Source: Tubiluchus corallicola (taxonomy: Eukaryota; Animalia; Priapulida). Taken from it: DNA of 64,000 nucleotides. Of this stretch, positions 13,758 through 27,018 are shown in pieces. The position numbers and the translations under genes were made by a program. Where the stretch lies: NCBI GenBank assembly GCA_030141605.1, contig JAQGDQ010000035.1:186001-250000 (forward strand). The letters are read 5' to 3'. The notes under the pieces are model-generated. The model was not told where the DNA came from. It saw only the letters and a list, made by a program, of their open reading frames with translations, and did not search any database. Positions within the stretch are counted from its first letter, which is position 1; every line of letters begins with the position of its first letter.

Positions 13758-14769
13758 TTAAATGACTGTGCTGTCTGAAAACAAAACTTGACTGCTCGTA
13801 GTAAGACTATGAATGTGAAAGAGAAACACGCTATTTACCTGTTACTTGGTTATTTGGTTGCAAACTCCACTGAATTGTTCGAGTGTCTCGACTGGAATGG
13901 ACACATTAGAGATGGCAGATGGCAGACGTTTACATTCATTTTTATTTTTGAATAGCCCGTAAAGCTGGAAGTTACCGCAAAAACGTGCTCTTTTACGAAG
14001 AGAGATATTGTTTGTATCTCAAGCAAGATAAGCTGTGTGCAAAATGGCAGAAAAGTATTAACATGTTACAATGCAAGGTTACATCTCCGAAAAATCGGAA
14101 TTTCACCGTAGAAACTAAACTTTGAATTTTGTCGTCACTTGCGGAACAAGTGTTCTTGCATAATTCTGAATTGTGATTTGGACAGTCAAAGTTGCTCAAA
14201 AAATGAAATCGGCGCGTTTCAAAGACAGTCTGAAGATAACGGATATAAAATGCCAACAAAAATTTCCGTCTATTTAAATTAACAAACAAGAACGAATCAC
14301 TGAGGCGATACAGAAGCGTCGGCTTAAATGTGCGAGACATTTCTTTAGTTTTCACAGAGTTTTGCAAAGTCTTACTACACAGCATTACATCAAACACACT
14401 AATACCTGAGAAGCAACGAGAACAGCTAATCACATGAAAATTAGATGCTCTGAAAAAAGACGTATTAAATACTCTTACTCGATTTAGATACTTGATATGT
14501 GACATCAGATCGAGGAACATGGCAAAAAAGAGTGGTGTTGTGTTATACGAAAGCACATAATAATAAGATTTTTTTGATAACTCTCCAGAGCACATATCTA
14601 AACGTGTGCCAGCTATGACGTGCTCCTGACGCTCCCTTACATCATCCAGTGAAGTTTACAAAATAATGGTTTGTAACTGGCTGCACTGTTAGCAGTGAAG
14701 CACCAGCAATAATGGTTAACATAATTACATGTAAATCAACATGTCAGAATAAGCTAAATGATTAATTAC

Positions 14770-15447
14770 TTTCTAAAAACAGTTCTACGACCGTAGTCCC
14801 ACTGAGCTTTGGTTGTCTCATCTGCTGAAGACCTGTATTGACGATCGTTATCCGTTCAATATGTGTACTGGCTTTCAAATTTAAATCCAATGTGGTCAAA
14901 GCTGGAGAGTTCCTAATTTCCAGCCTCTTTAAATAAAGCATGTGTTTAAAAGCAAGCGGTTGGATCACACTTAGCTTGTTGTTATAGTTCATGGAAAAAT
15001 CGTCCACACTAGCCAATATATCATCTTCCCAAAGTTCCTCTATCCTCGAGAATCTTATATGCAGACTTTCAATGAAATTTCCTGGCAGAAACTTGTACGG
15101 AAGGAACGTCTCGTAGTAGTGGGCAATGGTCAAGCGCGACAAGTTTTTATTCAAGGACTTCTCTATCGTTTTCAGGTCAGTCCAGTATAAGACTGGAAGA
15201 TAAGTTGGTTTTCTAATGCCACAATTAACCCAGCATTTGTCAGTTTTCGTGTACTTACAAAAGTACAGATAACTGCCACACACAGTTTTATTATATTTGT
15301 AAGGTTCTGAAACATTGCATTCGTCTTTAAATGTAATAATTTCACCTTCACTGTGCGTTTTGTTTGGGATTTTGCAATCGATTTTGGAATCATGCCAATT
15401 GAGAAATTTAGTCCAAGCCATCTTACAGTCGCAAACAAGAGGATTGC
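14770..15447 (-). CDS. LRR protein, coding exon 2 (LRRCT, Cys linker, second LRR array)
   Basis: Acceptor tttattctttcag| at 15448/15447. Splicing from exon 1 gives ELSLLG-NPLVCDCKMAW, a canonical LRRCT. LRRs include FKHMLYLKRLEIRNSPALTTLDL. Phase-1 donor A|GTAATT at 14770/14769. Confidence 0.85.
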
Positions 15448-16770
15448 CTGAAAGAATAAAAAATTTCCACTAAAGTAAAAGTCTAGCTAGAAAAACAGAA
15501 ATGTAAAGCAAGATGCTAATATTGTGCTAAAAATCTAGCTCATACAAACACGTTAACTGTACAAAAATGATCAACTATGTCAGAGTGAATACCTGGATAA
15601 ATTTGAACTAACTGTTCGTAATTTATTAAAGTGCCTGAACAAGTCTGTAAATTTACTTTTTGGTAGTGCTGATTGATAAAATTTGTTAAACAGTGAGTTG
15701 ATAGTGTTTAATCCAGTTCTGATTTCTTGGTCTGCTATGAAGCGAAACAAATCTCTCAGTAAACTAAGAAAAATCTTTTTTCTGTCAGCAGAGAAATTTG
15801 TATTTTACCAAGGCAAAGGGCAAAAACTTTACTATGATGTTCCGTACATATTTTTTGTGTTCTAGCCATGAATCTTGTTTAATAAATGATTGCTGTCGAC
15901 TTCCCGTTACACTTACGGGTTATGGGGTGCAGTATGACTTCATTTTTAGTGTTGGAGCCAAGAAGAGGTCATGACAGCCTTAGATAATCCAGCCCGCCAA
16001 GAACCCTATTCAGTAAAATCTGAGATGCTATCAAAGACTGAGTTAGATCTGTTTTGAAACTAAGAAACTAAAGCATGGGCGTAACCGTGAAAGTCATGTT
16101 TGAGGTTGTAGTTGAACACTTTGTAGAGAAAGAATAAAACACTATACTACATATGGGCACAAAACTGAAAAGCGTTTATTAGACTATAAACACATATGTA
16201 GAATGACTGTACACTGAACACTGAGAACAAGAGTGTCCAGCACTGATCACTGAGAGTCAGACAGTGACTAGAAAGTAAATCCAGTCAGTATATATAGGTA
16301 TAGGTAATGACAAAAGAATGTATGGGGTTGAAGTGCTGAATTATTCGAATCTATAATTTCAGCTTCGAATCCAATTCGAATTAAAAAAACTTGTTCGAAT
16401 CGAATTCGTACGTTCATTCACGTGAATATGCATTCACTGGACCGTACAATTATACTAGGGGTGAGTTTAGCTAGTAAAAATGTAAAATGATTAGTTAATA
16501 GATGGCAGCACCTAAAATATACAGTTACAATTTCCACAGTAACCACGTTCCAAACTTTAGGGAAGCAAGCACATAAAAAGACGCCGTAATATGTACCATA
16601 CAATTTTTCATTGACTAGGCCTATGTATTTTAATTGAAAATTAAGCTATCACCTATCAGCTACGCCACTGTGTGAAAGTCTTGGTTATCAAGCTTGTTTG
16701 ATGAACTAAGAAACATATGTTGGAGCCAAAGCCATGCAGACTTATGACTTTACCAAATCATATAACTTAC

Positions 16771-17347
16771 CCAAAAGCGAGAGTTCTATGTTGGAAGGTT
16801 CGGTACTGAGAACAGGTTCCTTGATAAGGAAAAGAGCCGTTTTAACAATAGAAATAACTCTAAGTCGTCTATTATCCTTTAAAAAGAGCTCCAAATCGGT
16901 TAATTTTTGCGCGTAACTGATTGATAATTCTATCAGAAAAGGCAGTTTTGTGAACATTAAACGTGAAATTCTCTTTAAATTTGTGCAATTTTTTATTTCT
17001 AACGTCTGCAATCCTTCTGCATAGAGCGAATCGGCGGTCAACCTTTTCAAACCGTGTGAATCATGTATAAGCAAATGTTCAACTGACTTTTTGTCTAGAA
17101 ACCCTATTGGCAGCACCTCCTCAGAATAGCCTGCAATCCCAAGGAACATTAACGTTTCATCGTTTTGGATGGCACTTGCTATTTGCTTCACGTTGTTTGA
17201 GTCTAGCTCTCCTTTGAGCCCACACGAGTAACTTCGTTCCGAGACTCTCTTGCAGAATGTTGGCTGTAGAAATGCGAAACTAATATGAACACAAAACAGA
17301 ACAAACGCTAAACCTACTGCAATCTTACAAGATACTGTTTTATCCAT
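16771..17347 (-). CDS. LRR protein, coding exon 1 (signal peptide, Cys cap, first LRR array)
   Basis: MDKTVSCKIAVGLAFVLFCVHISFA is signal-peptide-like; LxxLxI repeats follow (LQTLEIKNCTNL, FTKLPFLIELSI). Upstream acceptor tttttctcttacag| at 17443/17442; perfect donor G|GTAAGT at 16771/16770, phase 1. Confidence 0.85.
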
Positions 17348-18006
17348 AATATTATACGGTTCGACAACATGGCTATTTAGAAAACATTGATGCCTTGGTG
17401 ACATAATGCATGACGTAATGAAGGTTGCGAGGCAATTTAAGCCTGTAAGAGAAAAACTGGAAATAATTTGCGGCCTGCTACACCAATATATAATTTCAGA
17501 GTGTAATGCCTTTAAAATTCTCGTTAAAAACACGAGCCGCTGTAACACTGATTTAATGAGAGCGAAGATTTTTACAAATAGAATGTTCTAGGGCGGGGAC
17601 AGGCATTTCTTGAAGTCACATATATTTATTTATTTAATTATTTTTATATTACATGTGCAGTCCCCATAAATGAGGTTTTGTTTGCACAATTTACTGTGCA
17701 TAGAAGTAAAATATAACATAATTAACATAAAATAAATAACATCCTAATTAACATTCCATAAAAGCATGGTTGTAAAGCTAAAGAAGAGTTAAACAAGGAA
17801 ATAAAATACATTGAAGCTTAGCTAACATCTATTTATAAGTAGTTGTTCCGTGTGTTTCTTTTTAAATATTTCAAATTTTGTAATTTTACTTAATTGAGAT
17901 TTGATTGCATACTGGCTGTAACCCTTGCTTGCCAAGACACTAAACCGTCTTGTACAAAATTTGATTTGCAATTGAAATTTAGCTGATTATAGATGTAAGT
18001 TGCTGG

Positions 18007-18193
18007 CAGGACTGGATTGCCCTATAGACTAATATATGCTGCAGCATAGGGCCCCTCAAGCTTGGTGGTTAATACTTTGCTTTGCTGAAGAATTCTTATA
18101 ACTTAAAATAAAATTTCAGCTTTAAATTAGAGGGCGGCTCCATCCCATGATTTCATTAGCCTAGGGGCCCCAAAAGGTCATAATCCGGCCCTG
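18007..18193. mobile_element. hAT-type MITE, internally deleted copy
   Basis: TIRs caggactggatt / aatccggccctg; both ends are reverse-complement homologues of 49348-49798. Confidence 0.75.
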
Positions 18194-18446
18194 GTTGGCT
18201 GACTACTATTTTGTGGAGCAAGCAAACATCAGGGGCCCAAATAAAGTATTATTTAAAACACACCTGGAATATAAATACCAGAATCACGGTTTTCAACTAC
18301 CTACGAGAATTCATGTTGCCTAATATTCGGTCACGAAATTCTTTGCTAGCCCAACTGGGTTTTGAACTTTGGGTCGGCCGATTTAGTTCAAAATGGATTG
18401 CCGAGCGAGGTCTATAATCACAAATGTTAGAATAGCAATATTAGCT

Positions 18447-20200
18447 CAAGTTCTAAGTTCTGAGGGTGTCCCTCATTTAATATCAGTCCGCTAGCGTTTC
18501 ACATTGGCGGGACATCTCCCGTAAAGTTCCGGCATCCGCACACTAAAAATGGCTGAAATCGCTTTGCTAACAGCTGGACTCGTCGGAAACGACAACTGCA
18601 CCAATGTTCCATTCTCAGACTGGCTCAGCGAGACCATCGTACGATGACAGACCACCAGAACGCGTCTGACAACATCTTCTAATCAGTCAGGTACCAAGCT
18701 TTCAGAACGTATAGAAATCTGCTCGTGTCGTTTTGGTTGAAAACTCTACTATCGTGATAGCACACACATCTTAGAAAAATGACTTTCGCCAAACACCAGA
18801 CATATGGTTTGCGTTCTGACATCCCAAGATAACGACTAGTAGTGCGAACAATTCGTGTAGCTAATTGCAAGTCATAAAGTTGACTACAAAAGCATCCAAA
18901 GCATCTTGTCATGACAAAATCAATAGGCCTTTTTGCTGGGTCGGCCATTTAACCAAACTATGCCAGTAACCTCGTGGAATAACTGACACCTCTCAAATCG
19001 TGACCCATTTAATCATCCAATCACAGCAGTACTATAGGTACGACATCGTGAAACCAAAATTTGGTTCAAAAGCTAAACTGTAATACTTCTTTGCTGAACT
19101 CACAGTAGACGGAGCCACCAGTTTATGACGTATACCTAATTCCGTTAGTTAGTTTTAGATGACAGGTTCGATACAATACGTTTAGATATAGCTAACAGTT
19201 TTTTCAAAAGCCACGTATGTATTTCTAGGCAGTCGCCAATTTGAAAGACCGTTAAAGTAACATTTCAATGCTTAAATTTTGTGCAGTAATGAGGGAGAGT
19301 GAGAAAATATGTATTAAAATGACATGCTTACGTTAAAAGTGATAGAAAATAGGAGCATATCCTTCAGAGATTCCAAAGATATGCACGAAATAAAAAATGC
19401 GTCAATCGACACGCTCGGTCTTTCTGGTGTTAAGATTAATCGAAACTTGGTGGGAAAGAGACATTTTAACACTGGAAAAATCAATATCGAACCTGCTATT
19501 GGATAAAACAGGACGGAGTATGCGTCAATAAGCCTCTTTGGTGGACAGGGAAACTTTAAGCATTTGTATATAATTACAGAGTAGGCGTCACAGATAATAG
19601 CATGTCTAACTTGTGTGGTTTAGCGATTACTCAAGAAAAGCAGATTTCCTTAGAAGTCTTCTAAGGGAAACTTTAAAGGTAAGATGGTCGTACATAATCA
19701 ATAAGATTTATACCCTAGAACAAAATAAATTCCTTGGCGATCAAAAGTCAACTTCTGAAGATTAAGATGGTTTCTAAGATTACCAGGTGAAACACCAGCA
19801 AGAATCGCCTTAAAACTTTGCAAAAAAAACCATCTGGCAAACCAAAAATAACTTGGATAGCTAAGATAATTAAAGATGTTCAACAGCTTTAACAGATCCA
19901 ATCTAACTTTAGGAGTAAAAGAACTTACTCTGTTTATCTGCAGATAGGACAGAGTGAATGCTCTAATAAATGTTAATGCCTCAATGTTAACAACAGACAG
20001 AATGAGACTTTGAAGAAAAAGAAGAAGAAAAGGAGAAGGATGATTCGGCACCGAAACTCAAGCACCTGAGTAATTGATGCAAACAAAGCAGAAATTAATC
20101 GAGGAAAACACCTGTTAGGAACACCACAGAGGTAAACAAAACTAGTGTAGAATAAAATAAGAACTTTCTTAAAATAATCACAAAAATAATGAATTTTCAT
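18447..20200 (-). mobile_element. Highly degenerate LINE (RT domain to 3' end)
   Basis: Minus-strand relics in expected order: CGVPNRC (GVPQG-like), LSTKEAY*RILRPVL, HIFG, RYLG; short agaactt-type tail near 18450. Confidence 0.55.
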
Positions 20201-21310
20201 AAAACATCTTGTTTCTTATTACAGGAACAATCAGAAATCTTGGTGGCTACTTATTAACAACTGCAGTAAAAGCTGATGTAAATTTTGTTGTTTGTTCGTG
20301 AATATTATTAAAATGTACAAAATATGTATAAACAGATTAAGACAAACTGACGTATAACTACAGTAAATGTATTGTTATACAAAATGCACGTTTATGAAAG
20401 TGAAAATGGAACTTTATCAGAGCTATAAATTCTTTTCTTCATTAAAAGGCACTACATTTCTGACTTAATCACTTTATAATAGAGGCCATATATGTTTTAC
20501 GCAGCAAGTATATAGACACTATACTTTATAAAGGTTTGTCGCCTTACATAAATATAAATATCAATTAATTATAAATATTAACTAATCAATTTTTGGTATT
20601 AGTAAATCTTTTTTAATATTCATAAATGTGTGATTTTTAATGCTTGAAAATTATTTGTTAAAAAGTTAATAAATAAATAATAAATATTGAAAACTGATTT
20701 ATTGATTTTAAAAAATAAGTAATAAATTCTACCTTGACGCCCATAAGCATTTGTGCTGTGTAATAGAGCACCTATGTATTTACTGCGTAAAAGTTTGTGT
20801 AATGCTTTGCAGCGCCATTTGTTCTTGAATTTTCACAACCGAAGTTCAATATAGGTAGTTTCAATTATTAATATTTCCTTTACATGCTCTGTGATTAACT
20901 GATGTAGGACAGTAAGCAAGATTAAATGGACTTTAAAAAACTGTACCGTAGTAATGCCATGATAGGTTAATTAAAAAACTGATAATTTGATCAAGTCTAA
21001 AAAGAAATTACGAAAATGGCTAAAATGTATTTGGTTTTGAACCAGTGCCCTGCAAGCTCTAGCAAAAAGGCGAACTAGAAATAAATAAATAGCAAAACCT
21101 CAACGCATTCTCGTTTCAAACAAGTTTTTTGGGATTTTTACACCGTTCGCTGTTTACAGAATTAAAATAAATTCGTGGTCTCTCATACTTTTTGTCAGTT
21201 GTCGAACGATAGCGCCACCGTGAAAAACCATATTTTCCTGAAGCTGTTTGGTTGCTTGTTTTCTTGCTTTTTTCTTCGAGAATAAAAATTGTCAGCGCAT
21301 TATTCTGCGA

Positions 21311-21320
21311 AGTAGTAGTT

Positions 21321-21414
<94 letters not shown>

Positions 21415-21445
21415 CAGCAGCAGTAATAGTAGCATTAGTAGTAGT
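21311..21445. repeat. (CAG)n(TAG)n compound microsatellite
   Basis: Direct observation. Confidence 0.97.
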
Positions 21446-21716
21446 AAAAAATTTTTTGTTATTGAATTTTACAAAAGAGAACATAAGCCGATGGCTATTT
21501 TCCAACAAGTTAAAAAAATAAGACAAAATAAAAAATTCTGATACAATGCACACAGTGTACGAGCTAGCACACAATACTCCACAGAGCTGCCATCTGTGGG
21601 CAGCAGCACACATTTTGTTAGGAATAGTAAAATACAAGTTATATTGTATTCAGCATGGGTATGCAAGATTTCCTGTCAAGTTGGCTGCATCATAAATTGT
21701 TTTACTTAACATTATT

Positions 21717-21828
<112 letters not shown>

Positions 21829-22245
21829 ATTAATATATTATTTTAACAGAATATTTATAAATGTAAAATACTTCGACATAGGGGTTTTCAAACAAATTGA
21901 CCGTTTAACAAGCTTCATTGGTTTGCAGAGCAAATGGGTGTTGACAATTTTAACAATTAATGTACGTTTGCATAGTAATTCAGCAAACGTTACATCAACA
22001 TTTGAATGGTTACATTGCAGTTGATGCACTGTCACTGTTAAAATTTGGATATCTGATTGTAAATATCTTAACTTTGTATCAAAACACCTACTTATTCCTA
22101 TGTCAATCAGGCTTTCCTATGTGCCAAACGTTAAGAAAATAAAAAATATATACATTTACAATATTAGAAAGTACCATCTAGGAATTTTATAGGTGACTCG
22201 GCGTATTAATGGCAAGTATACGACACGTTTGTGCAGCACTGTCAT

Positions 22246-22420
22246 TCACAGGAGGCGTTTTTCAAATGTTTTTACAGAAAGTTTCAACTTGTATGAATTA
22301 TTACACGTTCTATAATCTTCAGGTAACTTATTCCACAGTTTGAAGCCTTGATAACATAAAGAGTGGTAAAGAAACTCCATTGTTGAGTGATAACCAGTAT
22401 ACTTGCATTTCAGTATCGCA
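22246..22420 (-). mobile_element. CR1/L2-like LINE 3' remnant
   Basis: YQGFKLWNKLPEDYRTCNNSYKLKLSVKTF matches the LWNxLP C-terminal motif of CR1/L2 ORF2. Confidence 0.65.
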
Positions 22421-24279
22421 ATGCGAATCAATTTACAAAAACGAACTTTTAAAATTGCAAGCGAGAATTTTCGTAAACGTAAGCAAGTATGTCGTTTCTT
22501 AACTGTTATAATCTTAATGTCAGTCTTGTTATGAATGATGCAACAAACCCACAATTAAACAAATTTCAATACCAATCATAACCAATGGCGCCAAGAGAAT
22601 TTTTGCGCCCCAGGGTAAAAGGAAACTTGGCCCCCTCCTCCAATACTCAAACTAATGTTAATTAATTATGATACTCAAACCAAGTCCATAATTGCAGTAC
22701 CAGTTTTTAGGCACAAAAGGTATATGGGGTTACACGTGACTTGGTGACTTTCTCCAAACAATTAAAAGATCATATCAATTTTTTTCAAGAGGCCAACTTA
22801 TTATTCGCATGGTACTAGTCCATATAGCATTTGTCATACACGTCTGAGGCTTGGATTTTCCCAAATGAACTATGATCTTAACAAACACAGTTGCAAGTGT
22901 CATTGGTAATATCGTCAGTCCCAACTGCCTGTGTGACAATCATTATGAAAATGAAAAGCACTAAATGTTTGAATAGCCGTTGCACCCCGGGAACAGGATG
23001 GCGCTGGAGCGAAGTTCATTTAATCTGCATAATTCAAACTTTCTCCCTGTTAATATCAATGAATTAAATAACGAAACTGAAATCCATACTTTATGACATG
23101 GTAACTTACTTTTCAATCTTAACCAAAATAAAACTATCTTTGATATAACGCAGAAATCTACATAAAGCTTCAAGCTGATTCAGTAACCGTTAATTTAACA
23201 TTTTGCACCATTAGATTTCAGTTGATGTACTGTCACTGTAAAAACATAGATATCTAATTGTGAATATCTCAACTTTGTATTAGAGTATTTACCAATTCTT
23301 AAATGTATATTAATTAGTTTTGTTCTGTATACCAAAGGTGATGGAAAACAAATACGTTCATAAAATAGGGGATTATAAAATTAAATTTTCAGCATTTTTG
23401 AACGTTTTAAGGACGTTTTTATGATAGAATAAAATAATCTAATATATTTAGCGCTTTCTTTTATAAAAAAAAACAAAAAATGATAGTTGGCTGCATTTTT
23501 GATGCAATTTACTTTGAAGCAGAATAATATAGTTTTAACTATGCCGATTTATAGGCGGTTTATGTTTGCAAGCACACATTTTATTTTGGTGGCCTTACTA
23601 AAGGTACCATCGTTTGGCTGCCCCCTCAGCTCATGGACCACCGCGGGCCGTCCCGGTTCACACCCTCCCTTCAGTGGGCCCACATAAATTTTAAAACAAT
23701 ATAATCTCTTAAAGGGAAAGACATTAAGAAACCTTAATCGCACAGTACGTGCCTTTTCCTTGGAAAGCGTTTTCATGAATATGAACTTTCTAAGGATCAG
23801 AGGATTCTTTTCTTAGGAGATAAATAAGTCAAGTGGTAAAAATTTCCAGAGAGCACATTCCATGAAGGACTTCATGTCCTTCCGGTAATAGATTACTTGG
23901 TAACGTTCATTAAACATTGAAACAGAACGATCAGGTAAATGCCCTAAGTATCTACCGCTATTCAACTAGTTTGACACTATTGCAATATTAAGCAATTAGC
24001 TAGTCGATTTTTCAAACTGATTGTGAAGCGAACCGGTGTTTAAATTATTGGGTCTGAAATTTTTGAAGTTTTATTTTTTACTGCTTTCATTTTCAAAGTT
24101 TTCCATTTGCTTTGTCTGTTTTTAATGTTATGCAAGCTTTATGACTTGGGTACTTTACACTGGTTTAAGTTAATTCTTCATTAGGCATTGATAAGTTTCA
24201 GCACCTCATACTTTTCTTATTGCAGTTGTTTCTAGTGATGAATCCAACGTCGATACGAAACACAAGGGTTTCCATCTAT

Positions 24280-24537
24280 ATTGGTGCGCTCCGCCCAGTA
24301 ATGCTCATAGCCACGCCCACTGATCCATGCTCACATGCCAGACGGACTTTTATATAACGCTTATCATGATGGGTAGCTATAGGTGTACGAAGTTATCGGT
24401 TGCTCCTAAAGTGAATGCATTGATGAGCTCATAAAGAATATTTTAGAAATTTTGCAAAACTATAGGGCTAGGTACGCGAGACGTTCTTGGCGAAACTAGC
24501 AAGGAATTTTAAAGGACCTTCATTTCAGGACTACCAG
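24280..24537 (+). promoter_or_regulatory. Candidate Pol II core promoter and non-coding first exon (possibly of Lmx1)
   Basis: ATTGG (24280), GC box CCGCCC (24291), KLF/Sp site CCACGCCC (24311) and TATATAA (24351) in canonical order, then a donor CAG|GTACGT at 24537/24538. Motif-only evidence. Confidence 0.3.
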
Positions 24538-25230
24538 GTACGTGTCATACACCTAAAATGATCTACGTAACTATGCTATAAGCCTAAATTTAGCGTTATT
24601 TATTATATAATTGATATTAGAAATATTGATTTAGTTTTTTTATTATTACAGTGTAGCCTACGCATTATTCTACATATATAATATCAAGAGTTTATCAACA
24701 ATAATCTCACTTTGTCGTTATTACATGTTGATAATTAAGGATACATAGAGGTAATATGGTCAATGTGATTTTGAAATCATTATCGTTAATCAGTTAACAT
24801 GCAGTTATGAGGCTGTTACTAAATTAAATTGAAATTTAATGATAATACACAGCTACAGTAACTTAATTCTGATCTTATTATATTCTTGATAATGTCAGCA
24901 CAGCACTATGTACATATTTATGAAATATCTTGTTTAGCTTTTAATACTGCATAAAAAAGTAATTATGAATAATTATGGATCTCTCGCTTTCAAATTAATT
25001 TCAGCAAAAAGGTGATTATAATCCGATCAAAATAATCTTAAAGGCACAAGCAAAAACGTTTGTACATTATTCTCTTGTCAAATTGTTGTCATGAAATTTA
25101 TGTTAATTATTTAAATGCGTAAATTTACATTTTTTGGATATTGATGAATAAGCTGTTCAGCTTAGTAATTATAATGACGCCATATCTAACCTAATTAATG
25201 AGCCTCTTAATTGCTAGGTTAGGTTCCAAC

Positions 25231-26111
25231 GAGTGCCGGATTAAGGTTTTGCTGGCTCTAAGGCACATTTTGATAAGTGGCCTGAAAATACAGATATTTT
25301 GGGCTCACGGACAAAAGGAAACAAGTTAAACTTAGCAACAGGAAATTCGGCCGCGAATTTGTCAATGCTTTCATAACGACCCTGCTCTCTACATCGAAAG
25401 ACAAAACGCTTATACATTGGGTTAGCAGCGGGAGCAAAATACTGTTGCAAAATGACTTTCACAGATTCATAGCTATCTAGCTGATTGCTCGCAGAATCTT
25501 AAGTAACAAGTTCCAAACTTCGCAGAATCCTTCTAATCTGTCACCCCATCCTATTCAAAAACCAGTAGTTTTAGATCAGCAGTAGCAGAATAGTTTGAAA
25601 GCTTAAATAATCTTTCATACAGCTCATACTCCTCCCTCAAATCTTTGGCTGCAAGCTTAAAAGGACCAAGTGCAGAGAAACCTGGACAACAACAGTTAAT
25701 ACACTATCATCATAGGATACACTAGCATCAGAAATGCTTTACGCAAGAAGACTGCGCCAAATGTAAACAGTGGAAGGCATTCCTCTAAAAAAAACTAATG
25801 ATATATTAAGGTCTTAAAGAAAAACGAAGTAGCAGAGCTTTTAACTCAAAAAAGTAAATAAAATCATCATGTAGTTAACAACAAGAAAACGGTGTTATTC
25901 ATCAACCAGTTTAAGATAAAATTTTCGACAAATTTCCTACTTCAACAGCGTCCTGTTCATTGTTGTCCCAATAGGTCATAATAAAAATACAAAACATTTA
26001 TTTATATAAAAAAATGAAGGAAAGCATTTTTGTCATCATCATAGAACTCATTATTTTTTACTTTATCTTTGTGGCATGTGCCTTGTTTGCCTAATGGTTA
26101 ATCCGGCACTG
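25231..26111. mobile_element. hAT-type non-autonomous element carrying a nested Gypsy fragment
   Basis: TIRs gagtgccggattaa / ttaatccggcactg; 8-bp TSD gttccaac / gttctaac (1 mismatch). Confidence 0.8.
25343..25765 (-). mobile_element. Gypsy LTR-retrotransposon fragment (PBS plus degenerate gag)
   Basis: Minus strand ACA-tt-TGGCGCAGTC (PBS-like, 25750-25759) followed by gag-like YFAPAANPMYKRFVFRCREQGRYESIDKF. Confidence 0.65.
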
Positions 26112-26815
26112 GTTCTAACTTAATAGTTATCATCGTCACTTGATTGCAGTATATGTAAGAAAATCAAAGTCATAACTTAAAATAATTTTACCATGTCACG
26201 ATTATGGACGTTTTATTATTAATAATATTTTACCGTAAGTGGCTCATTAATTAAAACAAAGATAAAGCTTAGTTTGTGGTGTAAGGCCAACTATAATTAC
26301 AACAAAATATATACAATATGTATTTAACAATAATATACAGCTAATACATAATGTATGTACAACAAAAATGATGAAGCGAATAAGAAAAATAAAAAATGGA
26401 ATACGTGTATAGAATACCTCAAATACTAATCAGAATTTTGCAATATTCGATTTGGTTTACATCCTAAGTTACATAAAAAACAGAGTAAAAGATTTGCTCC
26501 TCATTACACTATTTTATATTGTGTATTCGACTATGTTGATTGTATACAGTCTGTGTGAACTATATTTCTTGTTTTAAAGAAATGCCTGGGTTGAGACACA
26601 TAAGTTTAGATTATTTTAACTTATTGCATCTTGTAAACTCACAAATTTATATAGGCAGAGGGCAGTGACTATTAATGGATTATTAAGCGGTAAAGGAATA
26701 GGTAGTAGTAGCAAAATCGAATTTTCAAACTGCGTTTTACAAAGTTAAGCAACACGAAAACACTACGTGCGCGCATTATTGTTTATTAACAGATGGTACG
26801 CCTATATCATTGCGG

Positions 26816-27018
26816 GCCATCCACCAGGTAGGCTGGTGATTGGGAAGAGGTCATCCACCAGGTAGGCTAGTAATGGAGAAAAAGCCATCCACCAGGTAGG
26901 TTGGTGATTGGGAAGAGGCCATCCACCAGGTAGGCTGGTGGTTAGGAAAGGGCTATCCACCAGGTAGGCTGGTAATTGGGAAGAGGTTTTCCAATAGGTA
27001 AGCTGGTGATTAGGAAGC
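26816..27018. repeat. 35-bp minisatellite, about 5.5 copies
   Basis: Unit ccatccaccaggtaggctggtgattgggaagagg(t/c). Confidence 0.95.

Noticed and set aside
13993-14595. 200-aa minus-strand ORF in an LRR-gene intron
   Set aside because: No recognisable domain or splice signals; the region looks like DNA-transposon relic sequence.
19324-19678. Possible plus-strand pseudo-exon paralogous to LRR exon 1, ending at a phase-1 GTAAGA donor
   Set aside because: It has four in-frame stops, and the opposite strand reads as LINE RT C-terminal motifs (LSTKEAY*RILRPVL, HIFG) colinear with the flanking LINE relics.
21583-21606. CTCF-like motif between the LRR and Lmx1 genes
   Set aside because: A single short motif match, expected by chance in 64 kb.
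26816-27018. CRISPR-like appearance of 35-bp repeats
   Set aside because: Units are head-to-tail without unique spacers, no cas genes are present, and the context is eukaryotic.
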